Positions 26,303 through 36,900 of a stretch of DNA of 60,641 bases are shown here, in pieces. A program made the translations under genes and the position numbers. The DNA is taken from NCBI GenBank assembly GCA_036019775.1, contig JAYXXD010000002.1, positions 1 through 60,641 on the forward strand, read 5' to 3'. The DNA is from Thermoplasmatota archaeon (GTDB taxonomy: Archaea > Thermoplasmatota > Poseidoniia > Poseidoniales > Poseidoniaceae). Positions within the stretch are counted from its first letter, which is position 1, and each line of letters opens with the position of its first letter. The notes beneath the pieces are model-generated. The model was not told where the DNA came from, made no database searches, and worked only from the letters and a program-made list of their open reading frames with translations.

Positions 26303-27610
26303 ATGCGAGACCGGGTTATTCGTGATGAAATTCACCGAGATATCTTGGTTCCCGGGCACCATGCGCGCATTATCGATACACAAGAGTTTCAACGGTTGAG
26401 GAACATTCAACAACTCTCAACGTGTGAATTTGTCTTTCCATCGGCGACCCACACTCGATTTGCTCATTCACTAGGGGCCTATCACCTTGCAGGAGAGTTG
26501 ACCTCCTCGTTGCAGGAAGTTCAGCCAGGAATCTTATCCAATTCAGACGCTGAACTTGTACAACTGGGTGCTCTTCTTCACGACATTGGCCATCCACCCT
26601 ATTCTCATCTTCTGGAAACACCAGAAGTTTTCGCAACATTCCACTCACATGAACACTGGGGTAGAATCCTTCTCGAAAGTGACGACTCCGAGATTGGCAA
26701 GGTGTTGACAGATGTACTTGGTGAAGACCGGAAACGACGTCTTTTCGCGCTGCTCGACGGTCTAAACGAATGCAATGGCGAACCAATAGCTCCGTTTCTA
26801 AAAGAGATCATCAGCAGTCAACTCGATGTTGATCGTATGGATTACATGATACGTGATCAAGCAAATACAGGTGCACAGATTGGTGGCTTTGACAGTGCCA
26901 GAGTTATTCGGGCACTAAGGGTGAATGATGAGGGTCGTTTGTATGTAAAATCATGGGGATTGCCTGCAATTGAGGCCTACTTAGTAACCAGATATCACAT
27001 GTACAATCAAGTCTACTTTCACAAGGTCAATATGTTGACACAATCGTATCTTGTTCGAATGCTCGCCCGAGCCAGAGAATTGGTACTCAGCGAACAAATT
27101 GAACTTGATCGAGAGATTGAGGACATGTTGACGAACAAATTCTTGACTCCAGAACAATACGCTTCCTTGCACGATTCGCATGTTAAGGTTGCAATCAGAC
27201 GCTTTGCAGAGCATGATGATGCCATTTTGTCAGGGTATGCTCAGCGCCTCCTTGCTCGAAGGGATTATCACAAATCACTCAGGATTCCCTCATTGACGTC
27301 GGAAATGTTTCAGTCAGTTCAAGCAGAAGTTGTCTCGTATTTGCGTAAGGAAGGATTCGATCCAGTACACGATTTGATAACAGCATCGATTCGAAAACGA
27401 GGATACATGCCCTATGTTCAAGGTATTATCTTGGAAGATGGCCGGGATGCTGCTGAACATTCACCTCTTATCCGTTCGTTAACACAAACAGATGAACGAA
27501 TCCTCGTGTTTGTTCCAGAACGAATCCGCGATGCCTGTGAGGCTTTGGTTCGTTCGAAAACCAAACCGTCTCAATCGTCATTGGCAATGTTCGATTCGGC
27601 AGACTCATGA
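26303..27610 (+). CDS. HD-domain phosphohydrolase (dGTPase/SAMHD1-like dNTP triphosphohydrolase family)
   Basis: Blocks RLRNIQQL, THTRFAHSLGAYHL, LLHDIGHPPYSH, DVDRMDYMIRD, characteristic of the COG1078-type HD family. Confidence 0.85.
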   Translation: MRDRVIRDEIHRDILVPGHHARIIDTQEFQRLRNIQQLSTCEFVFPSATHTRFAHSLGAYHLAGELTSSLQEVQPGILSNSDAELVQLGALLHDIGHPPYSHLLETPEVFATFHSHEHWGRILLESDDSEIGKVLTDVLGEDRKRRLFALLDGLNECNGEPIAPFLKEIISSQLDVDRMDYMIRDQANTGAQIGGFDSARVIRALRVNDEGRLYVKSWGLPAIEAYLVTRYHMYNQVYFHKVNMLTQSYLVRMLARARELVLSEQIELDREIEDMLTNKFLTPEQYASLHDSHVKVAIRRFAEHDDAILSGYAQRLLARRDYHKSLRIPSLTSEMFQSVQAEVVSYLRKEGFDPVHDLITASIRKRGYMPYVQGIILEDGRDAAEHSPLIRSLTQTDERILVFVPERIRDACEALVRSKTKPSQSSLAMFDSADS

Positions 27611-27634
27611 AGGACATCTTCACAGCATTGACAA

Positions 27635-27708
27635 GGGCCTGTAGCTTAGTTGGTTAGAGCACCCGGCTCATAACCGGGCGGTCAAGGGTTCAAATCCCTT
27701 CAGGCCCA
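27635..27708 (+). tRNA. tRNA with CAT anticodon (elongator tRNA-Met, or tRNA-Ile2 if C34 is modified), no encoded CCA
   Basis: Cloverleaf: acceptor GGGCCTG/CAGGCCC, anticodon arm CCCGG-CTCATAA-CCGGG, T-arm AAGGG-TTCAAAT-CCCTT, discriminator A. It lacks the A1:U72 pair of archaeal initiators. Confidence 0.9.
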
Positions 27709-27778
27709 CATCATTCATCCATTCCAGGGACACTTTGCGACACAATGGTTATGAGGGTCGATAGAGTGGGATTAGTTA

Positions 27779-28717
27779 GTGAGCACGATGTCAACCCGAA
27801 AGAGCACCTTCACCGTTCTAGTGATATACCTTGCATCCTTATTGCTTGTGGCTGTACCTGCTCAAGCACAAATTCCTACGGCTGCTGTTTCAATCACATG
27901 CCAACCAGCTGAAATCAAGGTTGACGTCAAGCCCGGGTCAACCCTTGTAGGCTTCACAACATGTACAGCATCCAACCCAACCGCATACATTGAGAAAATC
28001 GCCCTTTCCGTTACTTCCGATGGCCTGGCTGCTGCAGCCCCGGGTGATATTTACGTCGGTGGTGGGCAAGACGAAGACTTCCAGGTTGTTGTTCGAGCTC
28101 AACCATTCATGACGATGCAAGCACGTAGCCTTGTCATTCAGGGAAGCGTTCAGGAAATCAACGGTCTACCACCTGCAAATCAAGCAACTTCTGGTGCATC
28201 AATGATTGTCTCCATTACACAATTCGCTCTCCTGCAAGTAGAAGCTGTCGAACCGTTCGTCCAACTCATGCCAAAGACAGACAAGGACTTTGAATTCAAA
28301 GTTTACAACCTTGGAAACCAATTCGATTTCATGAAGGTTGGAATTTCAGAAAACTCCCGTGAGTCGCTTGAAGATGCCGGATTTAACATCAACATCCCAA
28401 TCAGCAAGGTGAACGTCGAGCCTATGGTTGCTCCTGCGAAAGTACGAATTCAGGTGCGCACACCCAAGACCCAAGGATGGACTGATGCATACCACACGCT
28501 TGATTTCTACGCTGAATCCGACTTCTCGTGCAAGAACGGAGGCTGCGATCGAGAATCACAAATGATTACCATCTACGTCCGAGGTATTTATCTCCCAGGG
28601 TTTGAAGTGATTCCAGCACTTTCGATGGTTGCCTTGGCTGCTGCTGTGGCAGGTCGGCGATTCATCAATGCTGACGATGAAGAAGACGAGTGGCGTGAAG
28701 CCGCCCCTGGCCTGTAA
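27779..28717 (+). CDS. Secreted beta-sandwich protein with a PGF-CTERM-like C-terminal anchor
   Basis: GTG start. Signal peptide LVIYLASLLLVAVPAQAQ. C-terminus LPGFEVIPALSMVALAAAVAGRRF followed by an acidic 17-aa tail. Confidence 0.7.
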   Translation: MSTMSTRKSTFTVLVIYLASLLLVAVPAQAQIPTAAVSITCQPAEIKVDVKPGSTLVGFTTCTASNPTAYIEKIALSVTSDGLAAAAPGDIYVGGGQDEDFQVVVRAQPFMTMQARSLVIQGSVQEINGLPPANQATSGASMIVSITQFALLQVEAVEPFVQLMPKTDKDFEFKVYNLGNQFDFMKVGISENSRESLEDAGFNINIPISKVNVEPMVAPAKVRIQVRTPKTQGWTDAYHTLDFYAESDFSCKNGGCDRESQMITIYVRGIYLPGFEVIPALSMVALAAAVAGRRFINADDEEDEWREAAPGL

Positions 28718-28797
28718 CCTGAAAATTCAAACGAAATCCACCCTCAGTAGGGTTGGGTTCTTAACCTATCCATGCGAGGGTTCTATGAGTTGAGAAT

Positions 28798-29169
28798 ATG
28801 AGTGGACTTTTGAGTAAGGCTGCAGCAGCAGAAGAAACAAACGAATCCCAACCTGTTGAGCAAGAGGTCAAGGCTGAAGCTGCTGGTGGATTATTGAATG
28901 TCCAACCAAGTGATGGGCCTGATACTTCGACCATTCTCACCTCGGTTGGTTGGGCTGTCATCGTTGTTGGAGGCCTTCTTTCACTGCAAGGAGGGTCGTG
29001 GGGCCTCATCGTTGTTCTTACCGTACTTGTAGTAGGAATCGGTGCACTATATGCCGGTCAAAACATGTCTGAAGCAGGTGTTGATCCTGTGCGAATGGGC
29101 GAGTGCGATCGAGCTTCTTGCAGTTCTTCTTGCAGCAGGTCCTTACGGAGTATCAATGATTATGCCTGA
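28798..29169 (+). CDS. Hypothetical membrane protein (2 TM); possibly the 5' part of a frameshifted or overlapping gene
   Basis: 123-aa ORF with an acidic N-terminus and two TM helices (SVGWAVIVVGGLLSL, WGLIVVLTVLVVGIGALYA). Its last ~25 codons look non-protein-like (Cys/Ser-rich) and overlap the next ORF by 128 nt. Confidence 0.45.
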   Translation: MSGLLSKAAAAEETNESQPVEQEVKAEAAGGLLNVQPSDGPDTSTILTSVGWAVIVVGGLLSLQGGSWGLIVVLTVLVVGIGALYAGQNMSEAGVDPVRMGECDRASCSSSCSRSLRSINDYA

Positions 29170-30082
29170 AAGTTCCTTTGGTATCGCTGATATGGAACTC
29201 AAAGAAGACTCAAACGAACTCACATTCAGAATTATTGGTTCAGCAAATGAAGTTGATGCGGTGGTGAAAGCAGACGGTAATGTAATGTGGAGTGGTTCAA
29301 AGACGCTCTCTTCCGATTCAGCTCGATTTAACATCCCATTGGAAGAGATTTTCGTGGGTAATGCTTGGGCTTGTGGCGTATCATCATGTGACGTCAGTAC
29401 AACACAAGTCGAATATATGGTTGAGGTAACATCCGGTAGTGTCACACAGAGTGTTGAGATCAACCCTGAAATTATGACAAGAGAAGTGAAAGATTCTGGT
29501 GTGAGAATCACGCCGATCATCAAACAAGAATCGACCAATTCTGGAAACGACAAGCGGGTTGAAGGAATCCTGGTTGAAATGGAAGCAGGGTTGTTGCCTT
29601 CCTCCCACGCTCATGCAGATGGAGGAAGCCACTCCGACACTGGCGGTATATGGGTGGAATCCGACTACACACTCGAACTGATTATCAAGAAAGGCAATAG
29701 TGTTGTATACGGAAGTACGGACTGCTCAAATCCTTCAGATGTTGGCTTCCCTCATATTGTAGTAAACGGTACTGATGGGATTTCCTGCAAGGGCGATTCA
29801 GGTGTTACGATTAACGGTTGGTTCTCGATGCCAGGAGATGCGAATGATGATGCATATGGCGAGTATCTGAGTTTAGATGCTATGGATTATGACGACAATG
29901 GTGACGGTTGCTATACATTTGAAGTTCGCATTCACAACACGTTTTATTCAGGAATGAACGATGATGGAACTTCTTCGGATGGACTGATCATCGATTCTGA
30001 TGTGGCTTGGGAGTTGGATTTCGAGAGTTACAACAGCAATTCAGATTCGCAAAAGGCAGACCCACAAATGAATGCATGTTAG
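29042..30082 (+). CDS. Hypothetical secreted/anchored protein
   Basis: 346-aa ORF. N-terminal hydrophobic segment WASAIELLAVLLAAGPYGVSMIM, then an acidic, Cys-containing extracellular-type domain. The true start is uncertain: ATG at 29042, an internal GTG, or read-through from the previous ORF. Confidence 0.55.
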   Translation: MHYMPVKTCLKQVLILCEWASAIELLAVLLAAGPYGVSMIMPESSFGIADMELKEDSNELTFRIIGSANEVDAVVKADGNVMWSGSKTLSSDSARFNIPLEEIFVGNAWACGVSSCDVSTTQVEYMVEVTSGSVTQSVEINPEIMTREVKDSGVRITPIIKQESTNSGNDKRVEGILVEMEAGLLPSSHAHADGGSHSDTGGIWVESDYTLELIIKKGNSVVYGSTDCSNPSDVGFPHIVVNGTDGISCKGDSGVTINGWFSMPGDANDDAYGEYLSLDAMDYDDNGDGCYTFEVRIHNTFYSGMNDDGTSSDGLIIDSDVAWELDFESYNSNSDSQKADPQMNAC

Positions 30083-30097
30083 ACATACAGTTGTGAC

Positions 30098-31798
30098 TTA
30101 ATCGCCATCTTGGGAGATGATGGGGTTGCCATCTGCATCAAGCCACTCATCGTTTTGTTCAGCTATGTAATCTTTGGAGACGTCGTATCGAGCACGTGCA
30201 GCGATTACAGCAGCAAAAATGAGGACAATCATAATGATGAAGCCATACAAAATGATTGGTAATTCATCGACTTCTTCAGCTGTTGTGAATGAAACTTCTC
30301 CTGATGTTGTACCAGTCTCGCTCGCAATAAGGTCGCTGACAGGTTCGAGTTTATCAGGATAGAGGAATTTACAGGTCAACTGAGCCGCTCCATCTTCTTG
30401 ATGATACCATGTGATTGGTACATCTTTTGTTTGACCAGGTTCAACTGCCCAATTTGCATTGTTTGCGGTCGTATCTGCCTCAACATCATCGACATAACAG
30501 CGTACGTTAGGATCAACAGCAACTGAACCGGTATTGGAAATGGTTACCATGACTCCATGAGAACGTCCAGTATCTGCAGTAACAGCCTCCGGCTCGATTT
30601 TGTCTATGGAAATCTGTGGATATACGACATCGATGTTTGCGCTTGTTGTCAGAGGAGCATCAATATCAGCAACGAAGTTGCCCCAATTTGTTTCAACTGT
30701 TACTTTTACAGTTCCCGATTCTTGGCCATAGACTCCATTACCATCAAGCCATTCGACAATTCGCTTTTGCTCATTGGTGCCGATATCAACTTTCCATGAG
30801 CTCGGATCATCGTAGTCTGCGTTGATGATTGTATTGATTGTATTTCCACTGTATCCTATTCCGGTTGCGACGACTGTAGCTTCTGGAGCGTTAACAATCA
30901 ATTCGCGAGAAGAGAGCAATCGGATCCATGCATCGGTGTAGCCGCCAGTTCCAGTTGAATTGGTGTAATCGATTGTTGCTTGATCGTGCAAGATGATGTC
31001 TTCATCGGTTCGCGAACCCAGCATAGTTGACTCAAGGAAATCGAGGTGGATGCCATCTGCAACATGAATTGGTCCACTTCCGTAGAGAGTGGATTCTTCA
31101 ATTGTACAGCCTCCATGACACGTGATGTTAGCACCCATGAGCATGGAATCTTTTGCGATGAATGTCCCATGATTCTCGATATTGAATGAGGCCTCATTCC
31201 AAACAACATTCCCTCCTGTTTGTGTGATTTCGTCTGCAGTAATGGTTCGTAATTCAGAGTTTGAATGAAACAATTCGATGTGTGTGATGCCAAGTTGGAA
31301 TGGATAAAAATGATCAACTGTAATGTTCACGGCTTGCCTTAGGTCTACCACGAACGTTTCGCTATTTCCAGTGATGTCATTGGTTGTGACGTCGTCAACT
31401 GTCAAATTGAGGTGGGCTGATTCAAGAACATCGATGTTGAAGTAGAGCTTCATACTTGCTGAAGAATCATCGATGTTCTCATCGATGATGATTTCTGTTC
31501 CATCATAAATGAGAAGTGTTGATGCAGCATTTTCAGTCTCAAAATCCGCAACGTCCAGATGGAGTGTGCCTCCATTTTCAATAATGATTCTTGCATCCTC
31601 TTTAACGGATACTGGTCCTGTCCAATATAAATCTCCACCATCCTTAACGATGATTTCACCATCGAATGTACCACCGTTCCACGAAACAGAATCAGTTACG
31701 GTTACACTTGAACCATCTGAGGGTGCTGAGGCAAGAACAGGTGCACAAAATGTGACAGCGCTAAGCATAACTATTGCAAGAAACGTTGCAGTTCGCAT
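30098..31798 (-). CDS. Tail-anchored surface protein (beta-helix-like N-terminal region, CARDB-like beta-sandwich, C-terminal TM)
   Basis: 566 aa. Signal peptide MRTATFLAIVMLSAVTFCAPVLASA. CARDB-like block VMVTISNTGSVAVDPNVRCYVDD. TM LPIILYGFIIMIVLIFAAVIAA followed by a basic then acidic tail. Confidence 0.7.
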   Translation of the reverse strand: MRTATFLAIVMLSAVTFCAPVLASAPSDGSSVTVTDSVSWNGGTFDGEIIVKDGGDLYWTGPVSVKEDARIIIENGGTLHLDVADFETENAASTLLIYDGTEIIIDENIDDSSASMKLYFNIDVLESAHLNLTVDDVTTNDITGNSETFVVDLRQAVNITVDHFYPFQLGITHIELFHSNSELRTITADEITQTGGNVVWNEASFNIENHGTFIAKDSMLMGANITCHGGCTIEESTLYGSGPIHVADGIHLDFLESTMLGSRTDEDIILHDQATIDYTNSTGTGGYTDAWIRLLSSRELIVNAPEATVVATGIGYSGNTINTIINADYDDPSSWKVDIGTNEQKRIVEWLDGNGVYGQESGTVKVTVETNWGNFVADIDAPLTTSANIDVVYPQISIDKIEPEAVTADTGRSHGVMVTISNTGSVAVDPNVRCYVDDVEADTTANNANWAVEPGQTKDVPITWYHQEDGAAQLTCKFLYPDKLEPVSDLIASETGTTSGEVSFTTAEEVDELPIILYGFIIMIVLIFAAVIAARARYDVSKDYIAEQNDEWLDADGNPIISQDGD

Positions 31799-31838
31799 GT
31801 TTGGCCCAAGACAAAGGGGAAAATCAATCCTTCTCTAT

Positions 31839-32543
31839 TTAGTACGGTACATCCTTCCAGCCAATAGCATAGCCAATCAAGTTGAATGAACGATGAAGAA
31901 CAGGCGTTATGATGATGATAATAGCCATTGGAAGAAGCAAGTCATTGGATGCTAGCAGGGATTCTCCCAAGAAGAGTTGGCCCCAAAGGAAGACCATGAT
32001 TGCAAAGGGTAGCGTATCGAGCAACGGGGCTTTGGATGAGACATCTCCCTCTCGCTTCAAACCTCTTCGGCGCTTGAAAAACGATCCTGTCATATCGCCA
32101 AGCAGGCATGCAAAGCCAAGAAACGTACCAAGGATGTAAGCAGTTAGCCAAGGGCCTCCAATGGAAAACCAAGCATCTTCTGAACCGGTCAAGGGTGTAA
32201 CAAAGATGGATGCTTCATCAAATGTTGTCCCAACCAGAGCAACCTGCAGCATGCACAACAATCCAGCCGTTAAGGAGCCCCCAATCAATCCATTCCAAGT
32301 TTTCCCGTCACCGAGCATGCGATTCCCATCTTTCATGACCCGTCCTCCATCGATTGGCCAAGGCCCATATCCCGTTTTAGGGAACCATTTCCCCCACATC
32401 ATAGCAAAGGTGTTCGCTATGAAACCAGGAAGGTAGAGCCACAAGGTCATCAAGGCAAGAAGGAAAACGCCCATCTCAGTTGCATCCGTGACATCGCTCA
32501 TGAGGAGATGTGATTCCACCAAGCACATGAAGACTGTTGTCAT
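31839..32543 (-). CDS. carS: CDP-archaeol synthase (CTP:2,3-di-O-geranylgeranylglyceryl phosphate cytidyltransferase)
   Basis: Small polytopic membrane protein with CarS/DUF46-type blocks PGFIANTFAM, PIDGGRVMKDGNRMLGDGKTWNG.IGG and DM.GSFFKRR. The start may be an internal Met (MSDV or MGVF). Confidence 0.75.
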   Translation of the reverse strand: MTTVFMCLVESHLLMSDVTDATEMGVFLLALMTLWLYLPGFIANTFAMMWGKWFPKTGYGPWPIDGGRVMKDGNRMLGDGKTWNGLIGGSLTAGLLCMLQVALVGTTFDEASIFVTPLTGSEDAWFSIGGPWLTAYILGTFLGFACLLGDMTGSFFKRRRGLKREGDVSSKAPLLDTLPFAIMVFLWGQLFLGESLLASNDLLLPMAIIIIITPVLHRSFNLIGYAIGWKDVPY

Positions 32544-32593
32544 CTAATGGCCAAAGCGGTTGAATTATCAGCCCATTCTTGTAGGGCAATAAC

Positions 32594-33856
32594 ATGGGTC
32601 GAACCGTACTTGTTGTTGGCGGTGGTGGTAGAGAACACGCATTGTGTTTGGCGCTATCAGACTCGGAATCGATCATTGAAATACATACGACACCAGGCAA
32701 CGCAGGAACTCATCATTTTGGAACAAATCACAACGTACCTGCCTCGGACATTGATGGTCTTGTCAATTTAGCCAAACACTTGAATGTCGATTACGTTGTT
32801 GTTGGTCCAGAAGCACCCTTGTGCGATGGGCTTGCTGACAAACTTTTGGGCATCAATGTGCCCTGCTTTGGTCCACAGCAAGTCCATGCTGAACTTGAAG
32901 GTTCCAAATTATTTGCTAAGAAAGCTATGGAAGCTGCAGGTGTACCAACCGCCGAGTATGATGTGATTAATGCTTCGAGCGACATCGATGCATGTCTTGA
33001 TGCTCGTTGTGAAGATCCATGGGTCATCAAACGTGATGTACTCGCAGGTGGAAAAGGAGTTGTTGTTACTTCCGACCGAATTGAGGCCATTGAATTCATC
33101 GAACAATCCATCGAGACAGATGGCCATGTCCTTCTCGAACGATTTCTACCTGGCGAAGAAGCCAGCATGCTCGTTGTGATGGACAAATCCGGCTACGTTT
33201 GTTTGCCTCCAAGTCAAGATCACAAGCGTGCCTTTGATGATGACGAAGGCCCGAATACTGGTGGTATGGGTGCATATTGCCCAGCTCCAGTGGTTACAGA
33301 AACGATTCATCGGAAAACTGTTGAACGAATTGTTGAACCGATGCATACCTATCTGTCTTCCAAGGAGATTCCTTACCGCGGTGTTCTCTATGTTGGGCTT
33401 ATGATTGATGGAAACGGTGATCCATATGTCGTTGAATTCAATGTCCGTTTTGGTGACCCGGAATGCCAGGTTACACTGCCCCTGATTGATGGAGATGTTG
33501 GTGAGTTTCTGTACGGTGCGGCGACGGACCAATTATCGGACGTGAGCGTTTCGTTCAAACTTCAACATGCTCTAACAGTTGTTCTTGCCTCCGAAGGGTA
33601 TCCAAAATCCGCTATCAAAGGTCGTAAGATTCACGGCATAGAGCGTTCAAATGACACTCCTTCGACGTGGGTCAGTCATGCGGGAACGGCTGTTGATGAA
33701 CAAGGAGATATTGTTTCATCAGGTGGTCGAGTCCTATCGGTAACCTCGATTTCAGATAGTTTGCAACATGCTCATGATCTCTCCTACGCTCGGATTGGAT
33801 GCATTCAGCTTGAAGGGTCCCACCATCGAACGGATATTGGTCATCGGGCTTTGTAA
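32594..33856 (+). CDS. purD: Phosphoribosylamine-glycine ligase
   Basis: Blocks VLVVGGGGREHAL, GPEAPL, K.DVLAGGKGV, DHKRAFDDDEGPNTGGMGAY, VEFNVRFGDPE, GGRVL. Confidence 0.92.
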   Translation: MGRTVLVVGGGGREHALCLALSDSESIIEIHTTPGNAGTHHFGTNHNVPASDIDGLVNLAKHLNVDYVVVGPEAPLCDGLADKLLGINVPCFGPQQVHAELEGSKLFAKKAMEAAGVPTAEYDVINASSDIDACLDARCEDPWVIKRDVLAGGKGVVVTSDRIEAIEFIEQSIETDGHVLLERFLPGEEASMLVVMDKSGYVCLPPSQDHKRAFDDDEGPNTGGMGAYCPAPVVTETIHRKTVERIVEPMHTYLSSKEIPYRGVLYVGLMIDGNGDPYVVEFNVRFGDPECQVTLPLIDGDVGEFLYGAATDQLSDVSVSFKLQHALTVVLASEGYPKSAIKGRKIHGIERSNDTPSTWVSHAGTAVDEQGDIVSSGGRVLSVTSISDSLQHAHDLSYARIGCIQLEGSHHRTDIGHRAL

Positions 33857-33979
33857 TCTAAAAATTCGATGACGTCCCTCGATTTTCGCTATTCCCTCAT
33901 CGTCATTGTTAAAAGAGGGTCGAAAGTGGGCAAAACGCTCCAGCCTTGCTGCTGTCGAGCAATCCTCAGAGGGAACAAA

Positions 33980-36900
33980 ATGGAAAAGGTATCTAAGACC
34001 TCGCAACGACCCGTTTTTGGTTGGCTTATTGCCCCACTTGCGGTTCTCATTGCAGTACTAGCAAACTACGTCGATGGACTGATGTCGATCGATGTCGAAC
34101 TGAACAGCGATACGATGACGCCATTCATCGTCACTGGTGTAGCCGGTCTCTTGGCTGTTACACCTCGCATCCTCAATCAGCTAGGCAGCCTCCCAGAGTC
34201 GATTTCACAAACACAAATTTCCCTCGTTATGTTTATCCTCGCTCTTGTAGGTTCGGGCTTCGTAGAAGCTCAAACAGATGGTTTTGTTGCTTTCACGTTC
34301 TTCATCACCCTCTTCGGGGGTTATCTTCTCGATACACGGGAGCGATACGAATGGATGACAATGCTGGTTTTCACAACAGTTGGTATTCATGCCAGTTTTG
34401 ACATTGCAGCTGCTGCAGCAGTGGATGCGTATTTGCCAACAATGTACGAATTTTCCGAAGGGCAATCCTATGATGTTTCAACATTCCAAGAAACTGCTCT
34501 AGGTTTTGTTTTCTTCACTTGGTTCACAATCTTCGCAATTCTTGGCCTACTCGTCGGCGTGGTTGGACGTGGTGTCCTCAGCCCTGCAGGTGACAAGGGT
34601 TGGTTCTCGTTCAACAAAGTCGAGGATGGTTGGAACCGTCAAGCCCTCCCATTGCAAATCGCTTTGTTCGTATGGGCTGGAGCGCATCTCGCAACCATTT
34701 GGCATTTCGATCAAGGTTCAATTGCGGACCGACTTCGACTCGGCGGCCTTGGTGGCGTTGAAGCCAGTGGCTTTGTTGGATATTACACAGCCCTCCTTAC
34801 TGGAATTATCGCTATCATCGTTTCTGGAATGGTTGCAGAACGCTGGTTTACTCGAGCGATGACGCTATCTTCTCTATGGGGTCTCTACCTCATTGGTTCT
34901 TGGTATGAAGAAGGATTCTGGACCAACGAGACCTTTGCCGAATCGTGGGCGCCATTGATCTGGCTCGCTATCACATTCTTCATCGGTGTTGCGATTTCGA
35001 TGATTGGGAACCACGACAAATATGGCGGTTGGTCAAACCGTGAAGAACATCGGCCAAGTGGTGCTCGACAGTTCTGGAACGCCCATTGGGCAAGCCTCCT
35101 AACGGTCGTAGCATTCATTGTCGGTTTCGTTATCCGTATTCAATGGTATGCAATCCCTTCGATGCATGCTTTGGGAACAGATGGCTTTGACATGACAGGT
35201 GGTTCTGACCCTTGGTACATGAAGCGTGTTGTTGACTACATTCTCGCTCAAAATGCGCACTTGGTCCTCGACGCAGATCGTGCCTATCCGCTCGGTGGAA
35301 TCAATCCACGTCCGCCATTGTTTACTTGGACCTTGGCAATTGGAGCTATGATTCTGGAGCCATTCCTTGGTGAAGATGCAGTTTGGTGGAGCATGCTTGC
35401 TCTTCCAGCTGTATACGGTGCTCTGACCATACTACCTGTAGCGGCAATTGCACGTGATCATTTCGGCAAGGCTGCTGGTGTTATCGCAGCTTGGTTGATC
35501 GCTTTCATGCCTGCTCACGTTACCCATTCAACGTGGGGTCTTGCTGACCACGATTCATTTGTTATGCTGTTCATTGGTCTTGGATTCATGTTTTACTTAC
35601 GGGCTGTGAAATACGCTGGCTCGGAACGTTTGGTTCGCACGACATCGATTCGCCCAATTGACATGCTTACCGCCATGGGTGCTGTAGCCCAGCAACGTAA
35701 GTATGCCATGGCGAACGCAGTTCTGGCCGGTGTTTCATTCGCAGCAGCAAGCCTTGGATGGAAGGGATTCGTCGTCGGACCGGCTATCCTGTTCCTCGCC
35801 TATGCTGCTCAGGTTGCACTCAACATGTTCCGACGCCGTGACTCAACGATTCTCAGCACGTTGTTCCTAACGATGTTGTTAACGAATCTCTTGATTGCAC
35901 TACCATTCTACGCTCATCCACAAATGAACCTCATGTTGGATGGAACCGGTCTTCAGCCGTTCCTTTTCATATTGCTGTTCACCATTGTCATCATGTACAT
36001 TACAACAGGATTCCGAGACAAGCCTTGGTTGCTCGTTCTCGGGACACTTGCTGTTGGTGCAACGGTTTTCTTGGCAACATTGTACGTCTTGAAACTCACA
36101 AACCTAAGCAATGCATGGGATGTCTTGTTTACTGGTAGTGGATATTTCACGAAAACTAAGATTTTCGGAACTGTTGCTGAAGCAAATGCTCCAGATCGAG
36201 GTTACATGTTCGCAAGTTTCGGGCCGATTGTGTTTGTTTTCGCACTCGTTGTTGGTTTGACTTCTTTGTGGAGAGCATTCAGTCAACGCAGTCAAATCTC
36301 GCTCATTTTTGCAGTTTGGATCTTTACAGCATCGTACATGTCTTGGACCGCTGCTCGTTTCCTCTTCAATGCAACACCTGTTGTTGCTGTGATGGGGGCT
36401 GCTGGAATCGTTGGATTCTGGAAGTGGGCAGATTGGGACGGTCTCGTACGAACATGGCGTCGGGCTGGAATACGAACTCCGTCGGAACGTATTGCAGGTG
36501 CACGTCGCGCTGTTTGGCGCACACCATCATTCTCCGCAGTTGTTCTCGTACTCATCATGCTTTCAGGACAACAACTCACTTACGGTCTCGATTCAGCGAT
36601 TCCGGGTAATTCCCCTGCTGAAGGAGATCTCGATGAATCGTTTTACTATACCATTCCGGACATCATGCGATGGGATGGACTTGGTGTCTCCGTACTCGAC
36701 AGTCGAGATTACGAGGCATTTGGTGGCAGAGCCTACATGGGTTCGTTTGGAAGTGGATTTAACGGTCAACATTGGAATGATGCACATCAATGGCTTGCTG
36801 AGCAAGACAGATATCATGAGGGCGTATCCGATGAATCTGGTTGCGATCAAGAGAACGGTATTTGGCTTTCAGACTTAGGTCTGTGTGAAATGAGATTCGG

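Noticed and set aside
28728-28775. Short hairpin ACCCT-CAGT-AGGGT after the PGF-CTERM-like gene as a terminator
   Set aside because: The stem is only 5 bp and no clear oligo-T tract follows. It is too weak to annotate.
27635-33856. tRNA-Met as the integration site of a genomic island carrying the downstream surface-protein genes
   Set aside because: There is no integrase next to the tRNA, and I noticed no duplicated copy of the tRNA 3' end downstream. Core genes (carS, purD) are interspersed. This cannot be excluded without a computational repeat search.
33869-33979. 5' extension of the AglB ORF (MTSLDFRYSL...CCCRAILRGNK)
   Set aside because: It begins only 13 nt after the purD stop and has a non-protein-like composition. 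The ATG at 33980 (MEKVSKTSQRP) followed by a TM helix is the more plausible start. This remains uncertain.
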